64,000 nucleotides of DNA from Lama glama (GCA_028534125.1 CM052818.1:3164001-3228000), one strand, 5' to 3'; shown: positions 12,470-26,240, counted from the stretch's first letter. Program-made: numbers and translations. The notes: generated by a model from the letters alone, not told the origin.

Positions 12470-13330
12470 AGAAGGCCGGACGGGCGCCGCGGGCGGGGGC
12501 TGATCACGCGGCGGCCGCCCCTCCGCTCCGCCAGCTGACGTCAGTCACGTTCTCCTCTCGCCCGCGCCGCCACTTCCGGCGGGCTTGGGGCTTTTCTTCC
12601 ACCAGGCGGCGCCGCAGAACGTTCTGGTACCGACGCCTCTTGCGCAGCCGCATAGAGCCCCAGGACACGTCACCACCTTCGCGTCTTTTCTGGAGAGCGC
12701 GGGAAGGCAAGAGGACGGTGACGTCACCGGGGTTCCCCGCGTGGCTCGCGGGGGCGGGGCCGGGGACGTGGCGCGCGCGGGGTGGCGGGTGGCGCCGAGC
12801 GCAGGCCCGTCGGCACTGGGCCCCGGCGCGGCCGACGCTCCGGCGCTAACTCGTGACCCACCGTGGGGCCGGGGCCGGGCCGGGCCAGCGGGCGGCCCGC
12901 GCTAGGGGAAAGGAGCTGACGAGGCAGGCTCGGAGGGGAGGGCGCCGGCGGCCGAGCGCTCCCGAGGTCCGGGCCGCCCAGGCGTGTCCCGGGTGCCTTC
13001 AGAGGCGCTTCGAGGGCGGGCGCCGATTGCCTGGCACCCTCGCGCGGGCAGCACCACGCCTGGACTCCGGCCCGCGGGTCCCCCGGTCGGCGGGACGGAC
13101 TCGGGGCACCTGGGGCCGGGCCGCGCCCCCCCACCCCCCCAGCGCTGCAGACCGCGCGGCCCTGCAGGGAGGGAGCAGCAGCGCCCGGAGCCCCGGGCCT
13201 TCCCCGCCGCGGCTGCCGGAGCGCCCCTCCCCGCCGGCCTGGTATTGGCCGAGCCTCGCCCTGGCTGTTTTGCCAGGTGGGGAAAGAGAGGGACCGTGCG
13301 CCGTGGCCGGACCCTTACTGTTTGCCCTGA
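12470..13330. promoter_or_regulatory. CpG island with no recognisable coding gene; CRE, ETS and GC-box motifs
   Basis: Very high GC and CpG. TGACGTCA at 12536-12543 and 12719-12726, CACTTCCGG at 12571-12579, several GGGGCGGGG-type boxes. Confidence 0.85.
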
Positions 13331-16300
13331 GCTAGTCATTCAGTGTCTCTGAGGGTCAGTTTTGTTTGTAAAATACCATCCACTTCGCAGACCTAAGTAG
13401 TCTGTGTCTAGTACATGGTAGCCGGTCAGTGAAAATAGAGAAATTACTTTTCCGCCTTTTCCCACTGGGTCCTTAGAGCCACTTTTGCAGCGGTGTTAAT
13501 TCCCGGGTAGTCCTTAAAACAAAAGGCTTTGCGTGGTTCCGTGTACCGATTTTTAATGGGCAGAAGCTTCCCTCTTATTAGCATGAGGTCCACAGCCTGC
13601 TCAGTGGCTTTAGTAGAAAGGTGGCAAAAAGGCTCACCCATGGCCTGATGAGTCGAACCTAGGGCCTGCTCAAAATATAGGGGAAGTTACGGGAATTTTC
13701 TCCGGGACCTGGCACCTGCGATGCTACTTAACTAAGAGATCACAGGATTTCTTGCAGAGAGCCCTGTCTAGGGCACTCTCTGCCTTGGGACACCCTTCAG
13801 TTGTCTTTCTCCTCTAGCTGCCCCTTCCCAGAATTTTTCATCTCATATTACATTGCTATGGCCAAGATACCTCTCATGGGATGGCCTGAGCCCTGGGGAC
13901 AAGCTAGCCTCTAGTGGCTTATATGAAGCTGGTCTGACAGAGTAAACTGAATGCAAGACTGTCTCTTGGAAGGAAGAAAACGAACGCACCCTGAAGTGCT
14001 TATTTAGCATGTGTCAGGAACTGTATTGGACTTTTTCACACAAGTTACCTCATTGGATTCCCACAGCTGGTCCTGTGAGCGATGTGGAATTACCATCCCT
14101 TTATATAGAGGAGGAAACTGGTTCCACAGGATAAATGATGTACCTCACATTTTACAGCAAGACTATGGCAAAGCAGGTGCTCTCGGAGGCCATACTAGTT
14201 CCATTGCAGGGTTCTCGCCAGGAAGAGGCAGTACCTAGTGAGCCCTTTTCTAGGGTGTGAGATGCTCAGGACCATCCTAGAAGGTATGAGTGAAGGCATG
14301 TTACACTGAGGACTTCCCCTCCATATCCCCACTCTCTTGGGCACCCCTGCCGTTTGTATCAAGGTTTGAGACTAGAAGTCTTAAAAGACAGAAGAGGCAA
14401 CCTTCCACCCCTCCACAAACACATTGCCTTGGTCACTGATGAGTTAATACAAGGACTCGTGTGTGTGTGTGTGTCAGACTTAGGCCTTTTTTTAGCACCA
14501 TTTGGCAGGAGCCACCTCTCCTGCACCTGCTGCATCTACAAACCATTGCTCATTTGCCGGTCAACAGTGCAAAAGGCAGAAATGTGGTGCCTGTGTAAGT
14601 TAGCTTCAGTGTACCTCAGGGACAGCTGTGTTTTCTGTAGTGTGTTGCGAGCGTGGCAGCCGGTACCCACTGCTCAGTCTTATGTAGAACAGCAAGAGAC
14701 AAGAGAAAGGAAACAAAGGCAAGAGTCCCCTCGTCATTTTCTTCTCTTTTTCTGTTTTAATCCTGAACTTGGCTAGAGTAAAAGAGAAATTCCCAGGATA
14801 AGGCAACTAGTAAGGGCGCAGGTATTTTGGAGTTGTTCCTCAAAACCCAGGGCTTTGTAGGTAAATACTCCTTGGTTTTGAGCAAGATGGGTAGCTTTTG
14901 TGTTTCAGATGGGGAGAGCAGATGAGACTAGATGAATCTGGACCAGTAAAAATGAAGAGTGAGGTGGTTTTTTTTTTTCCTTCTTTGCTGTAAATGGAGT
15001 CTTTTCTGTCCTGTCATATAAACTTACTGAAATCTACAAGGCGTGGGCCCTCGGGTGCTTATTTGAAGAAATGTCATCCATTTTGTCAATACAGCTTGTA
15101 TACCTATGTGACAGGAAATAAGTTTGCCTTCAGACTAGTAGAATCCACATGTAGTGGATGATTAGTTATCCATGAAAGTAAACCCAGCAAGTGTCTATAA
15201 ATTTGTTGCCCGAGTGTTTGAGGACGCTGTCCTGAGCAGAAGAAGAAGCCTGGAAGCAATCTCAGGAAGGAAGGGCTGGAAAGTGGTTGTAATTTAGGTT
15301 AATTCTAATCCATTGTGTTTTAAAAGCAGTTTAGAGAACTGAGCAGAACAGACTTGGCCATCCTCAAAAGTAGAAAAGTAGCCTTGGTTCTGCCTAAGGA
15401 AGGGTGGGTCTTGACTAAGGGGACTTAAGGGCTGTGATTTCCTTGGTCGGGTTTCTCCTGTAGCAGGGAAGAGGGGCCCTGCCATAAAGGAGAGACGTGG
15501 CTTTAGGTTGCTTTCTTTTGTTCCAAGTCTGTATTTACCAAGCAGTCTTTAGCCCATGAGGAAAGATCAGCGAGTCAGGCCAATTAGAAGCATTCTAGTG
15601 TATTAGAATGTCCGCTATTCCTTGATGTGAATCAGTGCATTGGCATTTGGTTTGTTTGCCCTGCAACCTCTGTATGAACTTGGTTAATAGGTTTTTGAGA
15701 GAGAGATCCCCTCGCATGGGCCAGCCTGAAAGTTTAAGGGCCAGATCTGGGTCCTTGCTAACTTCAGCAAGATAAGCCCTGCTGAGTGGGAACCTGTGGG
15801 AAAGGGGATGGGAGAAGGGAGAGCAGGGGCAGGAAGCCAGCTTTGCCAAGGAAATACTACTTCTGTCTTATTGGTGACCTTCCTGTTGCAACCACATTCA
15901 GGAAAATTATATTATCAGCACAAGGCAGAAAGTGTTAAATTCTAGATGAGTGATACAGGCATTGAGTGCTGTGGATGCAGAAGTAGGTGAAATTAGATGG
16001 GAGATTAAAGGATGGTGCCACAGAAGAGATAGGACTTGACAAATGGATATGATTTCAGTAGGCAGAGATGTTGGTGATGGAGGGGGAAACACCCACTGCC
16101 ATTCCAGTGCCATTTTGATGAACTTCCTTTCTAGAGCTGATGTAAAATGTACAGTCTTCTGAGCTGTTAAGCCAAAGAAAAAACACTTGGCAGGAGAAGG
16201 AGTGGTAGGCCCCAGAGAAAAGGAAAGAAAAGCAATTGTTCATTCAATAATTTGTTTATTCAACATTTACTGAGTATCTACTATGTGCCAGACACTGAGC

Positions 16301-16609
16301 TGTGTCCTGGGGATATGAACAAAATAAACAAAAGCCCTACCTTCGGAAAGTTTATGCTCTAGTGAAGAGAGAGGACTCTGAAGGAAGGAAAGAAGAGAGG
16401 AAAGTGGGAAGGGAGGGAGGAGGGGAGGAAGTCAGGCCTTGAGGAGGGGGAGGACGGGGGTGTGGGGGAGAGGCGCCTGTGGAATCTGCAGAGACCACAT
16501 GTGTTTCCTCAGGAGGTTCCCTGCTCACAGATGCAGGTGAGAGACTGGAGATACGAAATTGAGGAGAGATTGTAGCCTGCCAACCTTGTGCATCACAGCG
16601 CTGTTTTCT

Positions 16610-17329
16610 TTTTCTTTTTCTTTTTTTTTTTCAATTGAAATATAATTGATTTACAATATTGTGTTAGTTTCTGGTACAGCAGAGTGATTCAGTTATACAT
16701 ATATATGTTCTTCATATTCTTTTTCATTATAGATTACTACATGTTGAATATAGTTCCCTGTGCTGTACAGTAGGGCCTTGTTGTTCATCTAATTTATGTA
16801 TAGTAGCTTGTATCTGCTAATCCCAAACTTCTAACTTATCCATCCCCCCACCTTTTCCCTTGGGTAACCGTAAGTTTGTTCTCTATGTCTGTGTGTCTGT
16901 TCTTGTTTTATAAATAAGTTCATTTGTATCATTTTTTTTAGATTCCATGTATAAGTGATATTATATAGTATGTTTCTCTCTTTCTGGCTTATTTCACTTG
17001 GTATCATAATCTCCAAGTCCATCCATGTTGCTGCAGATGGCATTATTTCACTCTTTTTATGGCTAAGTAGTATTCCACCGTATATATATACCACATCTTC
17101 TTTAGCCAGTCATCTGTTGGTGGACATTTAGGTTGCTTCCATGTCTTGGCTATTGTAAATAGTGCTGCTATGAACATTGGGGTGCATGTATCTTTTCAAG
17201 TTAGAGTTTTCTCCGTGTATGCCCAGGAGTGGGATTGCTGGATCATATGGTAGCTCTATTTTTTGTTTTTTAAAGAATCTCCATACTGTTTTTCCATAGT
17301 GGATACACCAAATTACATTCCCACAACAG
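16610..17329 (-). mobile_element. 5'-truncated L1 (~720 bp)
   Basis: Poly-T tail on the left; L1 ORF2 C-terminal peptides in the track (KTVWRFFKKQKIELPYDPAIPLLGI); near-identical TSD CACAGCgCTgTTTTCT / CACAGCaCTaTTTTCT (16594-16609, 17330-17345). Confidence 0.88.
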
Positions 17330-20300
17330 CACAGCACTATTTTCTGACCAAGTCTTTCAGAACTGTAGAGTTTATCATTTTCCTCGGTGCCAGAGATGAA
17401 ATAAAAACAAAAATATTGGCATTCTGAAGACATTTTGTTTGATGGCTTATGAGCATAAGACAGAGTAGTAGAAGGAAGTAGAGGCTTGTGGTTGAGAACG
17501 GAGCGATCAAAGATGGGAGAGTATGAATACTAGTGTTAATAGTACCCACCAGAACAAGGCTGAGACATGTGCAGTAGGTCCTCAAAAATCTGCACCGACC
17601 TGTAAGTGTTAGAATCAGAGGTCATGTCTTTTCTCTTTGAAGCTGGGGAAATGGCTATAGCTGGTAACTGAACTTGGCTCAGCTTACGTTCCTGGCTTCA
17701 CCTGCCCCTCCTCCTCCTCTGTTAATGATAAGATTGGGGGAACTTAACAGGATTTCCTAATGGTGGAGAGAAATGGGGATGACACTGTGTTCTTGGCTGT
17801 CTCTGCTCCTCTCTAGCTCTGTCCTTGGGCAAGTCCCTGTACTCTTGGATTTCTGACTTCCTCTTCTGGGTAAGAAGGACTTGAATTGATCTCTATAGGC
17901 CCCTCAGACATTCCGTAAAGAGAGCAAGATGAGGGCCCCTTCACCTATAACCCAATCTGTTCACGTGGAAGGAGGTTGGTCACTTAAAGATGGTTAGGGG
18001 TCATCCTTTTCGGAACAGTATTTTCCCTTTTTGCTTCCTCTGCACAGAAGAGGCAATGGGATTCAGCACAAGAGAAGTTCTGTGGTGACTTGAGAAGTGG
18101 CATCTCACCCAGACACAGTAATGAATAGCGGAGACCACCAGCTTTTTAGTCTCAGTCTGTGATCTTGAAGAATCTTCAGGTGGACCAGTAATTTCTGCCT
18201 GTGGTATGGCAGTGTCCATGAGAAGTGACAAATATGTCCTTTCTCTTTGACGTAAAAATGGCAGCCCCCTGCCTCTCATATGATGTACCAATCCTACGTC
18301 CACCCACTTCTCTCCACTCCCGCTGACGCTAGCTTAGTTTGACCGATCTTCACCTCTCACTTCAATCACTGCTGGTGCCTCCCTGGTCTTCCTGCCTCCT
18401 CTCTCAGCCTCGTCACTTCTTCCCTTGATACTCCTATCTCCTGTGCATACCTGGTCATGTTACTCCCCTGTTTAAAACTTTCCAATGGCTCCTCATTATC
18501 TTGAGATACTTATTGGCAACTAATATGTATCTCCCAGTGTCTGAGCCCCATGGAGGACAAAACAAACATGAGACGCAGCCCCTGTCCTTAGCGTGACAAC
18601 AAGAACATGTGTCTCTTGGTTGTCATTTCCCCAACCGTCCACATCTCTTCCACCCCACCCTTTATTCTCCATCCACACTGAGCCATGTTTTCTCTCTCTG
18701 CTGTGTACCTTTGCACATGTTGAACATTCTTCCCTTCCTCGCCTTCCCCTGGCTGGCTCCTATTTACTCTTCAAGGGTTCAACTCAGGCCTCACAGTCCC
18801 TGATTCCTCCTCCCTGACTCTTCTGTGCACCACCATATTTGAAACAAGGCAGGCACACAACAATAAGAGCAGTCGCACTCTGTGCAGACAGCCACATAGT
18901 GCCTCACTGTAACAGTTGGTTTTCTTGGCTCTCCGCCTTTAGACTGAACTTCTCAAAGACAGGGATCTGGGTTTTATTCACCTTTGCATTCCCAGTACCT
19001 AGCATAGTGCTTGAAACCTCAGAGGTGTTCTGTAAATGTTTGTTGAATGAGTAGATGAATAAGTTAATGAATGGATGAGTGCTCCGTCTGATCCTGAGCT
19101 TGCCGTGACAAGCCTGGAGAACAGGGCCCTTTTAGTGGATCGTCTTTTATCCTGCAGTTCTCGCAGGGAGACAGCTTATGTGTCCAGTGTGTAGCCTTAT
19201 ACTGTGTTGCTGATCTGTTTATACTGTTCAGTGCCCATGGGCAATGGGGAGTTCACAGGTGATCTTCAGAGTCACAAGCAGAAGGGGGCCTGCCACCTTA
19301 TGCGGTAGTGCTTGTACCCCAGGTAGGTCAAATCTTACTGTAAATTTGATCCAGGGTGGTTTAAGACAGGGCCCTCTCTGCTCAGAACCAATGCATGGAG
19401 CCTTCCCCAGGCCAGATTCCTTGAATCAGTCCACGCCACTATGTTCCCATGTTCCTCTTTACCTGGAAGAAAAACTCCCTGTTGTTAATGGGGATGGATG
19501 GTTTTCATTCCTGCTTTTGAGCTCTCTTTTGCAAGCTGACAGATTTCTGAGACTCTCAAGGGCATAATCTGGTAGTTTCCCGTCTGCCAATTAATCTTAT
19601 ATTTTTTCAGTGACAAAATTGTGTTTCAAGCCAGGATGTCCTGGCAGGAAACCTGAGTAACGTTAACTCTCCTCCTTCCTGCCAATGTGTTTTAGCCACA
19701 GTGATGCTGTGGCTTCTTGCTGCTTCTTTCAGTCTGTGGTGTTCAGTATCCTCAGCCTGGTTGGGGTTTTCCTCTGAGAGTAAGCCAGTGCAGAATGAAT
19801 GTCCTGGTATCATTCCTGGTGACGCTGGACACGTGTCATAGGGACTGGGCCCACAGTCTCCGTGGGGCCTTCTGCCCTGTGTTCCCAGCAAATTTAACAG
19901 TGCTGGCTTGATGGAAGTATTCTGGCCCAGCACCCTCAAGGGAGGTATATGGTATGGTTCTAGACGCCTGAATGCCTGCCAAGCTCAGCATCGCAGAGAA
20001 TGACTTGCTTTTTAGACTCACATTTGATTTGAGCAGAACCTTTCATTGAACGCACCTGGCATATATCTCAAATTTCCTACATACTAGCCAAAGAATTCTA
20101 GCTAATGAAAGCTGAATGCTGTGACAGTTATAACTAAATTAACACTCTGAAAGGTTAGTGAATCTTACTTGGATTGCATTACCTAGAGTTTGAACTCTGG
20201 CTATGATCTTTGCAATATAAAAGCTATTTCCCCAAAATCTTAAAAAAAGGAAAGGCTGGAGAAAGCCATTCCTATAAATCATGTTTCTGACACACAGCTA

Positions 20301-21588
20301 ATCATCAAAATGTTCACAATTTAGTGATATATTTGATCCCCTGCAAATGGATTTAAAGGACAAAATGAATGAATCCAGACACATTTATGAGCTGAAAGTG
20401 TCCTGACAGGGTTACTAGAGACTGAGGGCAGGAGCTGGATCTCACGTTTGTTTTTGTCTCCAGCACAGGGCCTCAGACAGCCATAGATACATATTAGGTG
20501 TCGATTGACAGTCACTGAATTACTAAATGGAAATTTACTGGGGCTCTCAGCTCTGCTAAACTCCATACACAAATAGACCTGCCCCATGGGGTTCTTAGCA
20601 AGAGCAGATATTTTACGAGAGCTGTCACTCTGGGTTGATTGGATAGGCAAAGTGAAACCAAGGGGTTGTGTTTTAAAACCAAATACATTTACTCTGCTAA
20701 ATTTTACAGCTGAACTGAGGTGTTCTGCTTTGGGTGGGGTTGGACAAAATGACCTCTAACTTGAGGTTTGTAGGTTTAGGAAAATACAGGGTTTTTTTTT
20801 TTTTTGGTTTTTTTTTTTTTTAAGACAGAGATGAACCCTGCAGGCCAGCTGGCAGGAAGTCAGACTGCAGTGCGGTCCTTGCCTGAGAGGATGACACAGG
20901 CCAAAGGAGACAAGGGAAACAACAAGGCAGCCAGAGCTAGTAAGTCATTTTGCAGAGTTTTGCAGAGCTTTCCAGGTTTTTCTGGAAAAGGGAAAGAAAA
21001 AAAAGAGTAAAGGGCAGGAAGCGGATTGGTTAACAGCTGGCTTCAGAAATGCTGATGAGTGGGTTTGCCTGTTGGTTTTGTTTTCCTAAGTCCGGGAAAG
21101 AGGGTGTGCTTGGCCTGGCGCTGCTTGCTGGCAGGGCAGGCTTCCTGGTCTGTGTGCTGACGCTGTTGTTCCAGCCACCCGAGGAGCCCAGAGGCCCGCT
21201 GCCCCGCCTGTCTCGTTGGAAAGGGGATGCACACTGCCCTGCAAGGATGTCTCAGGCCTGTGGAAGAGCAGAAAGGATAGGAGTCGTGTTTTATTTTATT
21301 TTGCTTTTAAAATGTTTATATGTATTTACTTGTTTGATTTGGTGATTCATATACATGGCTCAAAACTAAAACAGTATAAAAAGATATGTAGGAAAAAGTC
21401 TCTCTCCTGTTCCTGTGCCGCATCTGCCCATCTCCCCCACCCTCAAATAGATAACTCTGTTGCTGGTTTTTGTTTATCCCTCTAATGATGTTTCTATGCA
21501 TTACTCCATTTTAACATAAATTGTGCCATGGTATACACACCTTCTGCACCTTATGGGGTTTTTCCCCCCTCACTTAACACTGTATCTT

Positions 21589-21744
21589 GGGGGGAGAGTA
21601 TAGCTCAGTGGTAAAGTGCATGCCTAGCATGCACGATGTCCTGGGTTCAATCCCCAGTACCTCTGTTTTAAAAAAAAAATACAAATAAGTAAACCTAAAA
21701 TTACCTCTCCCCAGTAGAAAAACATTTAAAAAAGAAACAAAAAG
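21589..21744 (+). mobile_element. tRNA-Ala-derived SINE
   Basis: GGGGGGAGAGTATAGCTCAGTGG...GGTTCAATCCCCAGTACC, A-rich tail; TSD AACACTGT(A/G)TCTTG. Confidence 0.88.
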
Positions 21745-22122
21745 AACACTGTGTCTTGAAAACATTTCCTTATACGTCTATAGAGAGCATTCTCATTTTT
21801 GTTTTATGGCTGCAGAGTTTTACATTGTATGAATGTACTGTAATTTAACTGCTGCTTCTGATGGACATTTCGGTTATTTCCAGTCTTTTGGTATTACAAA
21901 TAATGGCATGGACCTTAAAAAATAGATGTGCCTTCAAATCCCAATACTGTGCTTAACTTTGGGCCTTCATTGCCTCATCTGTAAAATGGGGATTATTTTA
22001 TATTTTTATTACCTGTCCCATAACGTTGTGAAAGGTTAAATAACATGCAGAGAACTTGAGAGATAATAGGTACTCAATGAAAACAATATACCTTGCAACT
22101 GGGCATATCAGAAAATAATCTT

Positions 22123-22257
22123 GGGGGTGGGAGGATATAGCTCAGTGGTAGAGCACAGTGCTTAGCATGCATGAGGTCCTGGATTTAATCCCAGGAAACT
22201 CCATTAAAAAAAAAAAAGAAGAAATAAACCTAATTACCTCCTCCCCCCTCCCAAAAT
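22123..22257 (+). mobile_element. tRNA-Ala-derived SINE
   Basis: ATAGCTCAGTGGTAGAGC...GAGGTCCTGG; degenerate TSD agaaaataatctt / agaatttaatctt. Confidence 0.85.
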
Positions 22258-22335
22258 AGAATTTAATCTTAAAAGAGAACATACTCGGAATACTCTTAAT
22301 TAACTAGAGTAATCATGTAAATTTAAATCCATTCA

Positions 22336-22468
22336 GGGGGAAGGTATAGCTCAAGCGGTAGAACACATGTCTAGCATGTACAAGATCCTGGGTTCAATCC
22401 CCAGTACCTCCTCCAAAAATAAGTAAACTTAATTATCTCCCTCCCCCTGCCAAAAAAATATAAATAAT
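22336..22468 (+). mobile_element. tRNA-Ala-derived SINE
   Basis: GGGGGAAGGTATAGCTCAAGCGG...GGTTCAATCCCCAGTACC; TSD tttaaatccatt. Confidence 0.85.
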
Positions 22469-23434
22469 TTTTAAATCCATTTTTTTCAGAATCAATGCAT
22501 GTTTATTGTTATAAAAAAAAATCCAGATAAGTAAAAAGAAAAAATAAATTGCCCATAATCTTACCACTGAAAAAATTACTGCTAACTTTTGATCTGTCTT
22601 TCTAGTTATTTCTCTAACCAAATGCGCATATAACATAAAATTCTGAATGAAATGGTGCTATACATGCTGTTTGTAACCTACCTTCTTCAGTTAACAGTGC
22701 TTGTGATCATGTCTCCATACCATCAAATATTTTTCTCATTGTTTTAAATGATTGTATAGTATGTCATCTTTTGGATATAAAATAATGTATTAAAAATTCT
22801 CTCAGGGTAGACATTTTTATACATAAATATTTAATCTCTCTGGAACTAATTTTAACACATGGTATGAAGTAAATAATCTAAATTAATTTTTTTTTAACAA
22901 ATGGTTAATTAGCAACTTGCCCAACATCCTTTATTGAACAAGTGATACTTACCCCACCAATTTGAAATGCTATCTTAATCATATTCTTAATTCTTATATA
23001 TATAAATAGATTTGATTTTAGACTTTATTCTGTGGATTAGCTTCTCCATTCTCATATAGTAATCACAATTTCATTAAAGTGCACTTAAATATCCACTAGT
23101 GTAAGTCCTTCTTCATTACAGTTCTTTTTTTCAAGAATGTATTGGTCATTGTAATTTTTTTAAATATATTTTTATTAAAGTATAGTCAGTTTTACAATGT
23201 GTTAATTTCTGGTGTACAGCACAATGCTTCAGTCATATAGGAACATACAAATATTCATTTTCATATCCTTTTTCACCATAAGTTACTATAAGATGTTGAA
23301 TATAGTTCCCTGTGCTATACAGTAGAAACTTGTTTATCCACTGTAATTTTCTTATTCTCTCAGAATGTTAGAATTTTTCCAAATTCCAGAAAAGCTGAAT
23401 TGTATTTAGTTTAATTTATACATCCATAGGGGGA

Positions 23435-23907
23435 TGTATTAGTTTCCTATGGCTGCTGTAACAAATTACCTTGGACTTTATGCTTAACAACAACAGAAAT
23501 TTATTCTCATAATTCTGGAGGCCAGAAGTCTGAAATCAGTGTCATTGAGTCGAAATCAAGGTGTCAGCAACGTCACACTCCATCTGGAGGTTCTAGGGGA
23601 GAATCCATTCCTTGCCTCTTCCAGTTTCTGGTGGCTGCTGGCCTTTCTTGACTTGTGGCTGTATCACCCCAGTCTCCATGGTCATATTATCCCCTCCTCT
23701 GTGTGTCAGATCTCCCTCTGTCTGTCATAAGGGCACCTGTGACGGCATTTGGGGCTCACTCAGATAATCCAGGACAATCCCCTTATCTCAGAATACTTAA
23801 TTTAATCACATCTATAAGGGCCATTTTTCCAAGTAAGATAACATGTATAAGTTCCAGAGATTAGGACATGGATATCCTTTGGGGGGACCATTTTTCGTTT
23901 TACCACA
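23435..23907 (-). mobile_element. MaLR solo LTR (MLT1-like)
   Basis: TGTATTAGTTTCCTATGGCTGCTGTAACAAATTACC...TACCACA; TG..CA ends; near 5-bp TSD GGGGA / GGGAA. Confidence 0.8.
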
Positions 23908-23939
23908 GGGAAAAGCTGACATCTTTATAACTGGGATAT

Positions 23940-24740
23940 TGTGATCTATAATAAAAACATGTATACTTGGTCTTCATCCCATTTCTAAAACCCTTGGAAT
24001 TTTTCTAAATGAGAAGAGCAAAAAGGGCGTCTTGACATTCATACTAGGCCCCTTTCGACCACACTGGAATTCAGGTTAATGAGGTGACTTTTGAAAAGCA
24101 CCTAAGGTTGAGGCCTGGTTTCCAGGTGTAGCAACCACATGATAAGAGGGTTGGAACTTTCAGTCCCATCCACTGGGAAGGGGAGTGGAACAGGAGGTTG
24201 AGTTTATCACCAGTGGCCAATGATTTAATCAATCATACCTATGTAATGAGGCCTCCATAAAAAACCCCAAAGAATGGGATTTGGAGAGCTTCCAGTTTGG
24301 TTAATCAGAATGTATCTACTTGCCAGGAGAGTGGCATATGCTAAACTCCACAGGGACAGAAGGTTCTGTGTTCTGCACCCTTCCAAACTCTCCCCACACA
24401 TCTCTTCATTTGGCTGTTCATTCCTATTCTTTAATATCCTTTGTAATAAACTAGTAATCTAATAAGTAAATTGTTTTCCTAAGTTCGGTGACCCACTGTA
24501 GCAAAGTAATTGAACCCAAGGAGGAGGTCATGGGAACCTCCAGTTTACAGCTGGTCACTCAGAAGGACAGGGAGCAGCCTGGACTTGTGTTTGGTGTCTC
24601 AAATGGGAGCAGCCTTGCGGGACTGAGCCCTCAACCTGTGGGATCTGACACCATCTCCAGGAAGATAGTGTTAAAATGAGTTAAATTTTAGTCATTGTCC
24701 ACTGAAAGTTAGACAGTTGGTGGTGTTGAAAACACACACT
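23940..24740 (+). mobile_element. ERV LTR, MER21-like
   Basis: ctaaaacccttggaat, agagggttggaactttcag, ggaggaggtcatgggaacc and ctgagccctcaacctgtgggatctgac recognised from the MER21 family; AATAAA near 24445. Confidence 0.7.
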
Positions 24741-25804
24741 GTTGGAAGAATATTTAGTTTTTCTATGCAAATGAGAATGTTTCTCCAGTTACTCTTTTAA
24801 GTCTTCAGGTAACGTTTGATAGTTTTTTTCACATAGGCTCTGCGTGTTTCTCATATGAGGGATTTTTTTTACCATGATATTTTCTAACTATATTATTGGC
24901 ATATAGAAAATCTATCACTTTGTGTATATTTATTTTGTAGCTGTTTTATAATTGGGATATACATACTGAAGTTTTTGCCTATTAATGCTAGTGGTTTTCA
25001 GAAAATTTTCTAGTGTTTTTAGGTAAAGCAACATATTTGCAAACATTGACACTTGTCTTCTTTCAAATATCTAGAACTCATTTCTTTTTCCTGTTTTATT
25101 TCAGTGGCTAGAATTTCTAGAACAATGTTTTAAAGTAGTGAGCATTCTTTCCTTGTTCTAGAGTTTAAAGGAATAACTCTAGACTTACTCCAGTAAGTAT
25201 AATCAAGCTATTGGCTTGCAAACTTTTATAACAGGAAGATTCTGTGATTTCCTAATGATTAAAAAAAGAAGTTGTCTATCGATGCTTTTGCATCTAGAAT
25301 TGAAATTAATTAGACCCGTGCTAAAACAAACAAATGAACAAAAAAAACCCCAAACCCCAACTAATTCACTCTTTCCTGCTTTGCTTTTCCCTGCTTACTG
25401 AATTGTTACTTTTAGAGCTTAGACTAAGCAAGAGAGGCACCTACTGTGGAACCTATGGTTTAGATGGCCCCGTCTATCACAAACACATAATACAATAAAG
25501 TATTTAAAGGACTCATGAAAATCTTTGTCACTCAGGATCTTGTCTCAGTGCCAATCCAGTCCCACACATAACCCTAAACATCTGCTCATGTGACTAACTA
25601 TATTCAGGCCTTTGGAAGCATTTGTCTTCATCTCTTAACTTGTGTCCTCAAAACAAAAGAAGATTGCATCCAAATGCTCTGAAGGTTGTAGGTTGTGTGC
25701 GTCTCTGATGGAGATTGCTTTGGGGTTCAGGCAAGCTATGAGGAACAGACCACTTAAATAAGAAGGAAAAAAATTGTTGGATCCTTTTTCTCAGATAGCA
25801 GAAG

Positions 25805-26240
25805 TCTTAGCTTCCTATTGCTGCTGTAACAAGTTACCACAAATTTAGTGGCTTGAAACAACACAAGTTAATTATCTTACAGCTCTGGGGAGCAGAAGTC
25901 CTAAAATTGAGTTGTCAGCAGGTCTCTGTTCCTTCTCAAAGCTCTAGGGGAGAATCTGGTTCCTTGCCTTTTCTAGTTTCTAGAGGCCACTTATATTTCT
26001 TAGCTTGTGGCCCCATCCTCCGTCTTCAAAGCCAGTGATGTAGTTCTTCCAATCTCTCTGTCTTTCTCTCTCTGACCTTCCTGCCTTCTTCTCCTAAGGA
26101 CGCTTGTGATTACATTGGGCCCACACAGATAATCTCCCCATCTCAAAATCCTTACCTTAATCACACCAGTAAAGTATCTCTTGCCATAAAAAGTAACATA
26201 TTCACAAATTTCAGGGATTAGGGCAAGGCCATCTCTACTG
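25805..26240 (-). mobile_element. MaLR LTR (MLT1-like)
   Basis: cttcctattgctgctgtaacaagttaccacaaatttagtggcttgaaacaacac...gataatctccccatctcaaaatcctt. Confidence 0.75.

Noticed and set aside
12504..13352. Many overlapping ORFs in the first CpG island (likewise 32012-32632 and 61344-62560)
   Set aside because: Arg/Gly/Pro/Ala-rich translations open in several frames are the expected artefact of very high GC.
16831..17433. ORFs with protein-like sequence
   Set aside because: Frameshifted L1 ORF2 C-terminus within a truncated L1.
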